A stretch of 64,000 nt of DNA from positions 1 to 64,000 of the IMG/VR virus record IMGVR_UViG_2866048730_000001; one strand, 5' to 3'. The notes under the pieces are model-generated. The model was not told the origin of the DNA. It ran no database searches and worked only from the letters and a program-made list of their open reading frames with translations. Source of the stretch: a virus. Taxonomy: Duplodnaviria; Caudoviricetes. Position numbers and translations under genes: made by a program. Shown piece after piece: positions 29,581 to 38,423 of the stretch; position 1 is the stretch's first letter, and each line of letters begins with the position of its first letter.

Positions 29581-30546
29581 ATGCGAGTGCATCGTAACCG
29601 GCACGACCGCGCCTTCGTCGTCGTGCCCAACGCCGCCGCCCGTCACGACCGGCTCTCGCTGGCCGCCGTCGGCCTGCTGGTCCGCCTGCTGTCCCTGCCG
29701 GACGGTACCGCCGTCACGATAGAGAAGATCACGGAGCAGGTCGACGAGGGCAAGACGGCCGTGGCCAAGGCGTTCAAGGCGCTAGAGGAGGCGGGCTACC
29801 TTCGCCGCCAGCGCTCCCAGGACCGCGACACCGGCCGCTGGTACACCCAGACCCACGTCTCCGACATCCCGATGACCCACATCCCGGCGGTCGGTGAGCC
29901 GGAGGTCCGGAGCGTCGGCGATCTCCCCAAGGGGGAAAAGCACCAGGTAAAGAACCTCCTCCCGAAGCCCTCTCCGAAGAGCGACGGCCAGCGGCCGGAC
30001 GCGGCCGGCACCGAGGAGGAGGAGATCAAGTCCCAGGACGAGCAGGCCCAGGCCGCCCCGGCTGACGCCGAGACCGGCCGGGCCGCTGCGGTCCTCGCCA
30101 AGCTCGGCGACAACGACCGCCGCCTCGGGCTTGGCACCGCGGATGTCCTCCGCCTGGCCCCGCTCGCCGCCGAGTGGCTCGCCGAGGGCCACAGCCAGGC
30201 GAAGCTCCTCGCGGTCCTGACCGCCCGGCTGCCGGAGCGGATCGACTCCCCGGCCGCGCTGGTCGCCTACCGCCTCAAGACCCACCGCCCGGCCCATCCC
30301 GCGCCGTCCACGCCGAAGCCCGCCCCGGCGCCGGACACCCGCGCCCGCTGCCAGCAGTGCGACGCCCCGTTCCCCGCCGGAGTTATCCACAGCCTGTGCA
30401 AGACGTGCACCGCCGAGGCCCGGCGTGACCAGGCCGCGACCGTCGGCGGCGACGCGGCGGGACTGCTCTCCGCCATCCGCCAGCGCCGCGAGTCCGGCGC
30501 CTTCGCCAAGGGTGCCAAGTCCCGGTTCATCCCGGCCGCCGCCTGA
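29581..30546 (+). CDS. Winged-HTH replication-initiator-like protein
   Basis: FVVVPN...LSLAAVGLL..LLSLPDG...LEEAGYL; C-terminal CxxC..CxxC. Confidence 0.65.
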   Translation: MRVHRNRHDRAFVVVPNAAARHDRLSLAAVGLLVRLLSLPDGTAVTIEKITEQVDEGKTAVAKAFKALEEAGYLRRQRSQDRDTGRWYTQTHVSDIPMTHIPAVGEPEVRSVGDLPKGEKHQVKNLLPKPSPKSDGQRPDAAGTEEEEIKSQDEQAQAAPADAETGRAAAVLAKLGDNDRRLGLGTADVLRLAPLAAEWLAEGHSQAKLLAVLTARLPERIDSPAALVAYRLKTHRPAHPAPSTPKPAPAPDTRARCQQCDAPFPAGVIHSLCKTCTAEARRDQAATVGGDAAGLLSAIRQRRESGAFAKGAKSRFIPAAA

Positions 30547-30574
30547 TCCGCCGACGCACAGAGAGCTCACGCAC

Positions 30575-31384
30575 ATGCATTCGATGCACATGCCCTGGTA
30601 CGCCCGCGTCGTCTTCACCGCTGGCAGGCCGTTCGTCCTCGTGGCAGCCCTGGTGATGTCCGTGCCCGGCGAGATCCGGATGGCACAGATCGCCGGGTGG
30701 CACGGCTGGGTCACCTGGCTGATGCCGGTGTCCGTGTCCGTCTACGCCGGTTGCGCCGCCGTCATCTCCGAGGTCCGTCGCCGTGCCAAGGGGCCCGGCC
30801 GCACCACTGCCACCATCGGCGCCGGAGCGGCGCTCGGCCTGGCACTGGCAGCCCAGGTGATGGCACACCTGATCGACCAGGGGTACATGACCACCTCCGC
30901 CGTGCTGGTGGCCGGCGTCTCCTCGGTGCCGCCGCTGGTGGTGGCACACATGCTGCACATGGCAGCGACCCCGCCCGCCACCATGACCGCCGAGGAGCGG
31001 ATGCGCGAGCTCCAGGAGGCGCTCGCCGAGGCCCTCGCCCACCTCGCCGACGCGATCGACCGCGAGGGGCGGGAGCTGGTGTCCAAGGCGCACGGCGTGC
31101 GCAACGGCTACGAGGAGCTGGCCGAGGAGGCCGACGAGTTGGCAGACGAGGCGGACGAGACCGCTGATGAACTGGCAGGCGAGCTGGCAGAGACCGGGCT
31201 GGCAGAGCGCCAGCCGCGACGGCGGAGCCGTGCCAGGAAGGCCGTGCCACTGGCAGTGGTCGAGGAGACCGTCGCCGCGATGCAGGCCGACGGTGTGAAG
31301 GTCAACGGCAAGGCACTGGCGAAGCGGCTCCAGTGCTCCGTCCGCTCCGGGTACCGCTACCTCAGCGAGATCCAGGCGGCATGA
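30575..31384 (+). CDS. DUF2637/SpdA-like membrane protein with C-terminal HTH
   Basis: Four hydrophobic segments, coiled coil, LAKRLQCSVRSGYRYL. Confidence 0.6.
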   Translation: MHSMHMPWYARVVFTAGRPFVLVAALVMSVPGEIRMAQIAGWHGWVTWLMPVSVSVYAGCAAVISEVRRRAKGPGRTTATIGAGAALGLALAAQVMAHLIDQGYMTTSAVLVAGVSSVPPLVVAHMLHMAATPPATMTAEERMRELQEALAEALAHLADAIDREGRELVSKAHGVRNGYEELAEEADELADEADETADELAGELAETGLAERQPRRRSRARKAVPLAVVEETVAAMQADGVKVNGKALAKRLQCSVRSGYRYLSEIQAA

Positions 31385-31388
31385 CCTC

Positions 31389-31424
31389 GGTAGCGCCACC
31401 GCCGTGACAGGTGGTGGCGCTACC
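31389..31424. terminator. Hairpin terminator
   Basis: GGTAGCGCCACC...GGTGGCGCTACC inverted repeat. Confidence 0.6.
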
Positions 31425-31458
31425 GTCATTGGCACAACACCACAGGAACGGAGACAGC

Positions 31459-31899
31459 GTGGGAGCCATCCAGCAACCCACCCGAGCGATGGGCCCGTAC
31501 AGGGTCGAGATCCGGTCGGAGTCGTTCTACCTCACCCGCACCGCGGCCGAGCACTGCACCGCCCCCAGCCGGCACCAGGCCGTGGTGCCAGCGTCGGACC
31601 TGCGGCACCTGGCAGCGGCCTTTCGCCAGGTGCGCGGCCACAAAGCCTGGCGCGAGAAGGAGTGGGCCGACGGCGATCCGTCCGACACATCCTGGACGTT
31701 GCCGCCGGGCGGGGAGGGCGAGGCGCCGGCCGCCTCCTGGGAGGTCAGCCTCGACGGCGAGAAGCTCAGCATCCGGGGGCCGTGGATCGTGTACGCCGAG
31801 CCCGACCGAGGACTGCTCTCCACCGAGATTGCCTACCTCAACCTGGCGGACCTCGACGATGCGCTGAAGGCGCTCGACGGCGCGCCGGCCACATCCTGA
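31459..31899 (+). CDS. Hypothetical protein
   Basis: GGAG RBS, GTG start, typical codon bias. Confidence 0.55.
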   Translation: MGAIQQPTRAMGPYRVEIRSESFYLTRTAAEHCTAPSRHQAVVPASDLRHLAAAFRQVRGHKAWREKEWADGDPSDTSWTLPPGGEGEAPAASWEVSLDGEKLSIRGPWIVYAEPDRGLLSTEIAYLNLADLDDALKALDGAPATS

Positions 31900-32224
31900 C
31901 CCAGGCCCTCGACGGGGCCGAGCATTCGCCCGCCTCGGTCTCCGTCGTTCCGGCCCTGCGGACTGAGCGACCTTGGAACCGTGGCAGAATCCGAGCGGCT
32001 AAGACGTGGCGGTCCGCGAATCGTTTCTCCGGGGGTCATACCCCCACCCCCTACCGGCCGGGTCGCCATGCCCTAGGGTCGCGCGTCGCACGCGGGCACA
32101 CTCGCACCCCCACACCCCCTAGGGGGAACGCGCGCATGACCGGCCAGCAGGGCCCGGCAGGCCCGTCACAGGGCCACTCAGCGCGGCATCACATGGCCTC
32201 TGACCTGCGCTTATGTGGGCCGAT

Positions 32225-32253
32225 TTGCAAGAGTGTGACTAGATGCGTAATGT
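32225..32253 (+). promoter_or_regulatory. Early promoter TTGCAA-N17-TAATGT with overlapping operator
   Basis: Near-consensus sigma-70 hexamers with 17-bp spacer; GCAAGAGTGTGAC motif overlaps -35 and spacer. Confidence 0.75.
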
Positions 32254-32260
32254 TCTCCCC

Positions 32261-33195
32261 GTCGCCACCACGGGACGCCAGCCGCAAGACAGGGCAAACT
32301 ACCTGAAGCGGCAAGCAAGTTGAGCGAACGTAAGAGTTGCGAACGCAAGGCCAGCCCGCTAGGGTTGGAACCAACGCCGAACCCGGGAAGCCGAGAACGG
32401 GCCGCAAGAGCGGCGCCGCCGGAAGGATGGGCAGGCGGGATCGCAACCCCGGATCGTAAGAGTTGCGAAACGCGGGACCGGCCCGATAGGGTCGGGCTCG
32501 ACGCCAACCGGCCAGGCTGGAAGGCGCACAGATCTTGAGCTTGACGCTCACCCGGCCCCGCCCCTTCGGGGGAAGGATGTCGCAGCCGCCAGCAGGCGGT
32601 GTGGGTGAGTGCAGGGCATAGGTGGGCTCGAAGGGGCGCGTACGGAGGCGGGGCATCTCGCCGGTGATGGAAGCGCTTTGGAGATGACGCCGAACCCCTG
32701 GGGTACAGCCAACGTAACAGGCAGTGGCGCGGATTCTTCGTCCGCATGTCCCGCTCGTACGGCCTTGGTGAAGCCGCGAACCGCTCCGACTTGTCGGGGT
32801 AGGCGTGGTGGGGAACTGTCCACGGATGCCCGTGGGTGGTGGTGTCAGGGGAACCGTGCGGACTTCCGAGGTCAGGGCTCACCGTTCACTCGAACGGGCC
32901 GGAGAGATCCGGCCGGAACGAAGAGAAGCGGCCGGGGAAACTGGCCAGTCCTGCGGGTGGGGACGGTGAGCCCGGTGGTCGGAGTAATCCTGCCGCTGAA
33001 CCCCGAGATGGACACCCGAGTTGAACTGTCCGGCCCGAACGGGCCGGGTGCCTTCCGGGCGCCGTTGGGCGTAGGTGCGAAGCCGCCGGAAGGTTCTAGG
33101 CGCCCCTATTGTAAGAGTGTAACTAGCCGGGGAGCGCTCACCGCCCGTCGCCCGACGGTGCGGCGCGAGGCCGGGCGCTGCCCGGCGAGACCTTG
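32261..33195 (+). ncRNA. Large structured non-coding leader RNA (candidate)
   Basis: No convincing ORF; many hairpins and long-range helices, several GNRA loops. Confidence 0.6.
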
Positions 33196-33204
33196 AGGAG
33201 AAAC

Positions 33205-33456
33205 ATGAACATCACCGTGACCGGCGTGACCCTGGCCAAGGCTGCCGCCCCCGCGATGAGCGCCGAGGAGACGATCGCCAACCTGACCGAGCGGAACTTC
33301 GAGCTCGGCCGGCTGCTGGACGCCGCCCGTGGCGAGATCGCCCGACGCGACCTGTGCGACGACATCTGGACGGTCGTCTTCGTCGGCCTGATCGAGCGGA
33401 TCGAGGAGCTGGAGCTGATGACCGGCGCCCTGGACGTCGCGGTCTTCAAGGTCTGA
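33205..33456 (+). CDS. Hypothetical early protein
   Basis: GAGGAG RBS, ATG at 33205. Confidence 0.7.
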   Translation: MNITVTGVTLAKAAAPAMSAEETIANLTERNFELGRLLDAARGEIARRDLCDDIWTVVFVGLIERIEELELMTGALDVAVFKV

Positions 33457-33518
33457 GGCGAAACGCCCTTCGGGGCGTCCGCCCGGGGTGGTGCCCGGGT
33501 GCTGATGAGCCAGCCGCT
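33457..33518 (+). ncRNA. Hammerhead ribozyme 1 (type II), cleavage after C33479
   Basis: ggc-GAAA-C[gccc ttcg gggc]GTC-[cgcccggg gtggtg cccgggtg]-CTGATGA-gcc. Confidence 0.9.
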
Positions 33519-33539
33519 CAATGCTGAAAGCGAGAGAAC

Positions 33540-34346
33540 ATGAGCCCCCGTACCTGTGACGTCGATGACGAGGTGCTGGCCGAGTATGCGGCCTACCTGG
33601 AGGACGACTACCGCTGTTGGCCGTCGTGGCAGACCTCCTGGAGCCGCCGGGGCGAGATCCCCACGCACGTCGAGGTGTTTACCTACACCGAGTACCCCCT
33701 GAACCTCATGGACAAGTCCAACTTCCGCACCGCGGCCACACTGATCCGGTGCGCGGCCGACGAGGACTGCGAGGGCACCGAGAATTCGGACGAGCAGGTC
33801 GTCCAGATCGACGGCTCGTCTATTCACTACGGCTCCGCCTACAGCCTGTACGTCCAGGTGTACGAGGGCGGCTGCGACGTGGAGTGCCCCGGCACCCACA
33901 CCGAGGAGTGCGAGCCGGGCTGTGAGCCCGACGTCGACTTCTGCTTCGGCGACGCCTGTGAGGGCGACTGCAAAGGCACCCGCACTTACACCAAGGCGTT
34001 CCGCGAGGCCGTCTCCCTGGCCGAGTACGTGAAGCACGGCTACCCGTTCCTCGATGAAGACGACCACTCCGAGCTGGAGTCCGAGGTGTTCGAGGAGAAC
34101 CTCCAAGAGGCCCTTGACGAGGCGCGCAAGGCGTACGACCTGGACACCGACGAGGACCGCGAGGCCATCGTCGAGCACGCCAGCGAGGACCTGTACGACC
34201 TGAAGTACGAGGGATCGGACGGCGAGGTGTCCTGGATCAGGACGGCCGAGGTGTACGCCGAGCACCGCGACCAGTACTTCCTCGGTCTGGCTCGGGAGAT
34301 CCTGCGGGGTGCCATCCCGGGCCAGATCGAACTGATCGCGGCCTGA
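33540..34346 (+). CDS. Acidic Cys-rich hypothetical protein
   Basis: 268-aa ORF with strong codon bias. Confidence 0.75.
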   Translation: MSPRTCDVDDEVLAEYAAYLEDDYRCWPSWQTSWSRRGEIPTHVEVFTYTEYPLNLMDKSNFRTAATLIRCAADEDCEGTENSDEQVVQIDGSSIHYGSAYSLYVQVYEGGCDVECPGTHTEECEPGCEPDVDFCFGDACEGDCKGTRTYTKAFREAVSLAEYVKHGYPFLDEDDHSELESEVFEENLQEALDEARKAYDLDTDEDREAIVEHASEDLYDLKYEGSDGEVSWIRTAEVYAEHRDQYFLGLAREILRGAIPGQIELIAA

Positions 34347-34360
34347 TTGTAAGAGTGTAA

Positions 34361-34427
34361 CTAGCGAAACGCCCCCTCCGGGGGCGTCGCCCCGGGGTGG
34401 TGCCCGGGGCCTGACGAGCCAGCCGCT
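34361..34427 (+). ncRNA. Hammerhead ribozyme 2 (type II), cleavage after C34388
   Basis: gc-GAAA-C[gccccc tcc gggggc]GTC-[gccccggg gtggtg cccggggc]-CTGACGA-gc. Confidence 0.87.
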
Positions 34428-34447
34428 CACATCGAAACGAGGTCCCC

Positions 34448-34837
34448 ATGATGAAGACCCTGCGCAAGCTCAACCCCTGGGCCAACCGCCGCGCCGAGCG
34501 AGAGGCATGGGCGCGCACCTTCACCTATGCGAGCGAGACGATCCACAAGCTTGACCACGAAGTGGCCGTGCTGCGCTCGGCCGTGGACGAGTTCGCGGAC
34601 GTGTTCAACGACGGCATGCTCGCCTCCATGGTCGGCGGCAAGTTCACCTGCGGTGAGGCCGATTCGCTGGTCCGCTTCTTCGCCCGGGTCGGCCGCCAGG
34701 AGGTCGCCGAGCTGTGGCTGGAGTGCCACGCCGAAGACGACGACGAGGGCGACCTCCACAAGACCTTCGACGACGAGGACACCCCGGACGGGACCGTCGT
34801 CGACCTTGGCGAGTACCTCCTCGAACTGGCCGCGTGA
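34448..34837 (+). CDS. Hypothetical protein
   Basis: GAGG RBS; FTCGEAD...HAEDDDEGDLH. Confidence 0.72.
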   Translation: MMKTLRKLNPWANRRAEREAWARTFTYASETIHKLDHEVAVLRSAVDEFADVFNDGMLASMVGGKFTCGEADSLVRFFARVGRQEVAELWLECHAEDDDEGDLHKTFDDEDTPDGTVVDLGEYLLELAA

Positions 34838-34845
34838 GGCCACAC

Positions 34846-34929
34846 GGCGAAACGCACACGCCTGCCCGCGAGGTGGCCGGCGTGTGCGTCGCGGGGGAGT
34901 GGTGTCCCCCTCCTGACGATGCCAGCCGC
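34846..34929 (+). ncRNA. Hammerhead ribozyme 3 (type II), cleavage after C34890
   Basis: ggc-GAAA-[cgcacacgcc...ggcgtgtgc]GTC-[gcggggga gtggtg tccccctc]-CTGACGA-t-gcc. Confidence 0.85.
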
Positions 34930-34950
34930 ATCACGATCCACGAGGTGCAC

Positions 34951-35697
34951 ATGAACAGCCAGAACAACCCCATGCTCGCCAAGGTCCGGGCGATCCTGGC
35001 CAAGGCCGAAGACCCCGCGGCCTCCCCCGAGGAGGCCCAGGCGTACTTCGCCAAGGCCGCCGCGCTGATGGCGAAGTACGGGATCGAGCGGGCCATGCTC
35101 GCTGACGCCAAGCCGGAGACCGACCGGCCCACCACGCGGGTCATCGTCGAGAGCGGCTCCTACGTGCTCGACCGCGTGAACCTGCTGATGTCGATCAACG
35201 AGGCACTCGGCGGACAGTCCGTCCGCTGGCGCACCTGGGACACGACCGCCCGCCGGTACGTCCAGAAGGTCGAGCTCCACGGCTACGAGTCGACGCTCGA
35301 CCGCGTCGAGATGCTCTACACGTCCCTCATGCTCCAGGCCCTGAACGGCATGAAGCACGGCACGCCCGGCATGGGCGAGTCCACCACCGCCTACCGCAAG
35401 ACCTGGCTCGCCGGGTTCCGCAGCGCGGTGTACCGGCGCCTGACCGACTCCGAGCGCCAGGCCGCAGCCGAGGCCGACCTTGCGCTCCCGGCCGGCAGTC
35501 GCTCGGCCGAGCTCGTGCTCAGCTCCCGCGACGACGCGATCCGCGCCCTCTTCAAGGCCGCGCACCCGAAGGTTCGCACCCCCGCGAAGCGGCGCCTGAC
35601 CGGCTCCGGCTGGAACGCGGGCAACGCGGCGGGCAAGCGCGCCAACCTCGGAGACAACCACCTCGCCAACGCCCGCCGCACCGCCCTGGCCGCGTGA
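34951..35697 (+). CDS. DUF2786-domain protein
   Basis: LAKVRAILAKAED....EEA.AY..KAAALMAKYGI. Confidence 0.8.
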   Translation: MNSQNNPMLAKVRAILAKAEDPAASPEEAQAYFAKAAALMAKYGIERAMLADAKPETDRPTTRVIVESGSYVLDRVNLLMSINEALGGQSVRWRTWDTTARRYVQKVELHGYESTLDRVEMLYTSLMLQALNGMKHGTPGMGESTTAYRKTWLAGFRSAVYRRLTDSERQAAAEADLALPAGSRSAELVLSSRDDAIRALFKAAHPKVRTPAKRRLTGSGWNAGNAAGKRANLGDNHLANARRTALAA

Positions 35698-35701
35698 TCC
35701 C

Positions 35702-35902
35702 GTGATCCGCCGCCACCGCCGATTCCTCCTCGCCCTCGCCGCCGGGGCCCTCCTTCTGGGAGCCCCCATCCAGCACGGCTACGACGCTCGGCACCACGCC
35801 CACGCGACCGTCACCGACTTCAACGACGGCTTTGCCGACTCCAAGCGCGACGACTGCGAGCACGGCTTCGCCGCCGCCTGCCAGTGGCTCGAAGCCCGCT
35901 GA
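35702..35902 (+). CDS. Small secreted/membrane hypothetical protein
   Basis: Signal-like N-terminus; FNDGFADSK. Confidence 0.55.
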   Translation: MIRRHRRFLLALAAGALLLGAPIQHGYDARHHAHATVTDFNDGFADSKRDDCEHGFAAACQWLEAR

Positions 35903-35928
35903 CCACCCACCCCCGAAAGGCAGTTCAC

Positions 35929-36180
35929 ATGGATCAGATCAAGACCCTCGCCCGCGAAGTCCTCGCGATACACCGCGAGGTGGAGGAGTGGCGGGAGGAC
36001 CACGACCCGGGCTCGCAGGAGTGGTACACCCTGGTCAACCTCGCCGACGTGGCGGCCCGGCTCATCTTCGCCCTGCCCGTCGAGATGCTCCCCGAGGAGG
36101 AGGTCCGCACGCCGAACCCCCGCGAGTACCAGGTGCTCGACGAGCTCATGACCGCACTCAACGAGGCGGGCAACCGATGA
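35929..36180 (+). CDS. Hypothetical protein
   Basis: GAAAGG RBS, ATG at 35929. Confidence 0.65.
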   Translation: MDQIKTLAREVLAIHREVEEWREDHDPGSQEWYTLVNLADVAARLIFALPVEMLPEEEVRTPNPREYQVLDELMTALNEAGNR

Positions 36181-36572
36181 GCTGGAAGTACGAGGTGCTC
36201 GTCTGCGCGGCGCCGGACAACCACGACGACTCGTGCGACCTGTGGACCCCGGGCGACACCTTCTTCGACTACGGGTTCCGTGACGCCTTCAAGGCCGCAG
36301 CCACCCAGGCCCACGCCATCGTCCGCACGGTCAGCCCGCACAACGGCAAGACCCGCACCGCCTTCCACCACATCGAAGGTGGCGGCCTGTGCGAATGGTG
36401 CGGCCCGGCGACCGGCCGCCGAGGCCCGTGGATGCGCACACCCGCCGAAGAGCGGTTCATGTGCGAGCCCTGCGTGACCGACGCCCAGAACTCCATGGAC
36501 GCCCTGCACAAGGCGAACGGCTGGTCGCGCAGCCGCTCGTACTGGCCGGTCCTGGAGAAGGCCGAGAGGTAG
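36177..36572 (+). CDS. Cys-rich hypothetical protein
   Basis: ATGA coupling; CEWC, CEPC. Confidence 0.65.
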   Translation: MSWKYEVLVCAAPDNHDDSCDLWTPGDTFFDYGFRDAFKAAATQAHAIVRTVSPHNGKTRTAFHHIEGGGLCEWCGPATGRRGPWMRTPAEERFMCEPCVTDAQNSMDALHKANGWSRSRSYWPVLEKAER

Positions 36573-36582
36573 ATCCCGACAA

Positions 36583-36644
36583 GGCGAAACCCCTGAAAGG
36601 GGGTCGCGGGGGAGTGGTGTCCCCCGCCTGACGAAGCCAGCCCT
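36583..36644 (+). ncRNA. Hammerhead ribozyme 4 (type II), cleavage after C36605
   Basis: ggc-GAAA-C[ccct gaaa gggg]GTC-[gcggggga gtggtg tcccccgc]-CTGACGA-a-gcc. Confidence 0.87.
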
Positions 36645-36664
36645 ACATCGAACTGTGAGGACAC

Positions 36665-37216
36665 ATGCCCGCGACCCTGACCGACATCGACGCCCCGCGC
36701 GTTTGGATCGGCTGCCTGGCCTGCTACAACGCCGGCTATCTGACCGGCGACTGGCACGACGCCGACGTGGCCGACCTGGTCACCCCCGAGGACCTGCACT
36801 CCAAGGCGACCGACCACGAGGAGCTGTGGGTCATGGACCACGAGAACTTCCTCGGCTTGATCGAGGGCGAGTGCTCCCCGGCCCACGCGGCCGAGATGGC
36901 CGAGCTCCTCGCCGAGATCCCCCCGTACGAGCGTCAGCCCTTCGCGATCTGGTTCAGCGTCTACGCCGACGACAACGCCGACCGGGCCGGGCTCGTCGAC
37001 GAGTTCCGCGACGCGTTCTGCGGTGAGTGGCGGTCCGAGGCCGACTACGCCCAGGAGCAGGCCGAGGAGCAGATGGACGAGGAGCGCAAGAAGCTCCTGA
37101 CCCAGTGGCCGTTCACCGACATCGACTGGGAGCGCGCATCCCACCACCTGTTCACCGGCGGCTACTCCGCCGAGGACGCCCCCGGAGGCGGCATCTATGT
37201 CTTCTACATCGGCTGA
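36665..37216 (+). CDS. ardA: Antirestriction protein ArdA
   Basis: VWIGCLACYNAG.LTGDW.D, EELWVMDHENF, GEW.SEADYA, IDWE; highly acidic. Confidence 0.85.
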   Translation: MPATLTDIDAPRVWIGCLACYNAGYLTGDWHDADVADLVTPEDLHSKATDHEELWVMDHENFLGLIEGECSPAHAAEMAELLAEIPPYERQPFAIWFSVYADDNADRAGLVDEFRDAFCGEWRSEADYAQEQAEEQMDEERKKLLTQWPFTDIDWERASHHLFTGGYSAEDAPGGGIYVFYIG

Positions 37217-37319
37217 CTGGCGGCCTGCCTGCCTGGAGTGCGGCGACGTGCCCGAACTCCTCGACGAAGACCTCACCTGCGGCCCGTGCCGCATCCGCAT
37301 CTACCTCAAGGGCCAGAGC

Positions 37320-37541
37320 ATGAAGAAGACCGTCAAGTTCAGCATCGAGCGGACCACCGAGGCCGAGGTTGAGCTCGAACTGACCATCCCGGACGAGTTC
37401 CTCGACGAAGACGGCGAGATCAGCGACGAGGACGGCTTCTGTGAGTGGCTCAACGACAACCCGGGTGAGTGGGATCTGTCGGAGCCCTTCTTCGAGGAGA
37501 TCCAGGACACCACGGTCCTCGAACTCCTCAACAGCTACTGA
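37320..37541 (+). CDS. Small very acidic protein
   Basis: Asp/Glu-rich; start uncertain (37197 or 37320). Confidence 0.6.
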   Translation: MKKTVKFSIERTTEAEVELELTIPDEFLDEDGEISDEDGFCEWLNDNPGEWDLSEPFFEEIQDTTVLELLNSY

Positions 37542-37602
37542 GTTAGCCGAACAACCACGGCACCCGTCCCCCGATCTGCCATGACTGCGGGACGGGCGCC
37601 GA

Positions 37603-37670
37603 GGCGAAACCCCGGTGGTGAGCCGGGGTCGGGGCGGGGTGGTGCCCGCCTCCTGACGATGCCAGCCGAC
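37603..37670 (+). ncRNA. Hammerhead ribozyme 5 (type II), cleavage after C37630
   Basis: ggc-GAAA-C[cccggt ggtga gccggg]GTC-[ggggcggg gtggtg cccgcctc]-CTGACGA-t-gcc. Confidence 0.87.
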
Positions 37671-37694
37671 ATCAATCACTTCGAAGGATACGAG

Positions 37695-37958
37695 ATGCTG
37701 CCCACCCTCATGCCGCCAACCGCGGAACCACCAGCCAACGTGGTCCGCTGCGTGGCGTGCGACGGTCCGATCCGCCACATCGAGCGCAAGCCGTACGAGT
37801 GCGCGCACTGCTCGCGCAACCTCTACCAGCACGACGGTCTGATCCGCCCCGGCTACCACTGGGAGATCACCGATGCCGGGTGGCTCATCAGCGTCGAAAC
37901 GGTGGACGACGAGGACGACGACTATGACGAGACGGAAGAGGAGTTCCTCGGATGGTGA
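37695..37958 (+). CDS. Zn-ribbon hypothetical protein with acidic tail
   Basis: CVAC...CAHC; AAGGA RBS. Confidence 0.6.
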   Translation: MLPTLMPPTAEPPANVVRCVACDGPIRHIERKPYECAHCSRNLYQHDGLIRPGYHWEITDAGWLISVETVDDEDDDYDETEEEFLGW

Positions 37959-38200
37959 AGCCAACCTCTTACCGTCTCCACCTTCCCCTCGACTTCGAGA
38001 CGGCCGCCGACGCGCTCGCCTGGTTCGACGAGGCCCAGCGTTCCGGCTTGATCCCGGCCGACGTCGACCTGTTCCACCCCGACGCCCTCGACACCGCCCA
38101 GCACGGCTTCACCGCCCGGGACCTCATCGTCCGGCGCTCCCGCGACCGGATGGCCTCCCTCGCCGTCCGCGCCGGCAAGGGGGTCCGCCGTGGCCGTTGA
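37952..38200 (+). CDS. Hypothetical protein
   Basis: Overlapping operon ORF. Confidence 0.55.
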   Translation: MVKPTSYRLHLPLDFETAADALAWFDEAQRSGLIPADVDLFHPDALDTAQHGFTARDLIVRRSRDRMASLAVRAGKGVRRGR

Positions 38201-38423
38201 GTACGGGAAGTGCCCATGCGGATGCGGCAAGAGCCGACTCCTCAAGGTGCGCATACCGGCGATCACCGTCATCGTCGATCGCGACCGCTGGACCGAGGAG
38301 GACGGCACCGGGCCCGACAACGAGGCGGTACGCGCCTCCGTCATCGAGTACGTGTGCAGCAGCGTCGAGTGGCTGCCGATGTTCGACGCCACCGGGGCAA
38401 CGATCAAGGTTGCTACCCGGTGA
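38190..38423 (+). CDS. Hypothetical protein
   Basis: CPCGCG; overlaps both neighbours. Confidence 0.55.
   Translation: MAVEYGKCPCGCGKSRLLKVRIPAITVIVDRDRWTEEDGTGPDNEAVRASVIEYVCSSVEWLPMFDATGATIKVATR

Noticed and set aside
32189-33196. ORFs 32189-32656, 32211-32882 and 32609-33196 as genes
   Set aside because: No RBS or codon bias, and Arg/Pro/Gly-rich translations; the region is better explained as structured RNA
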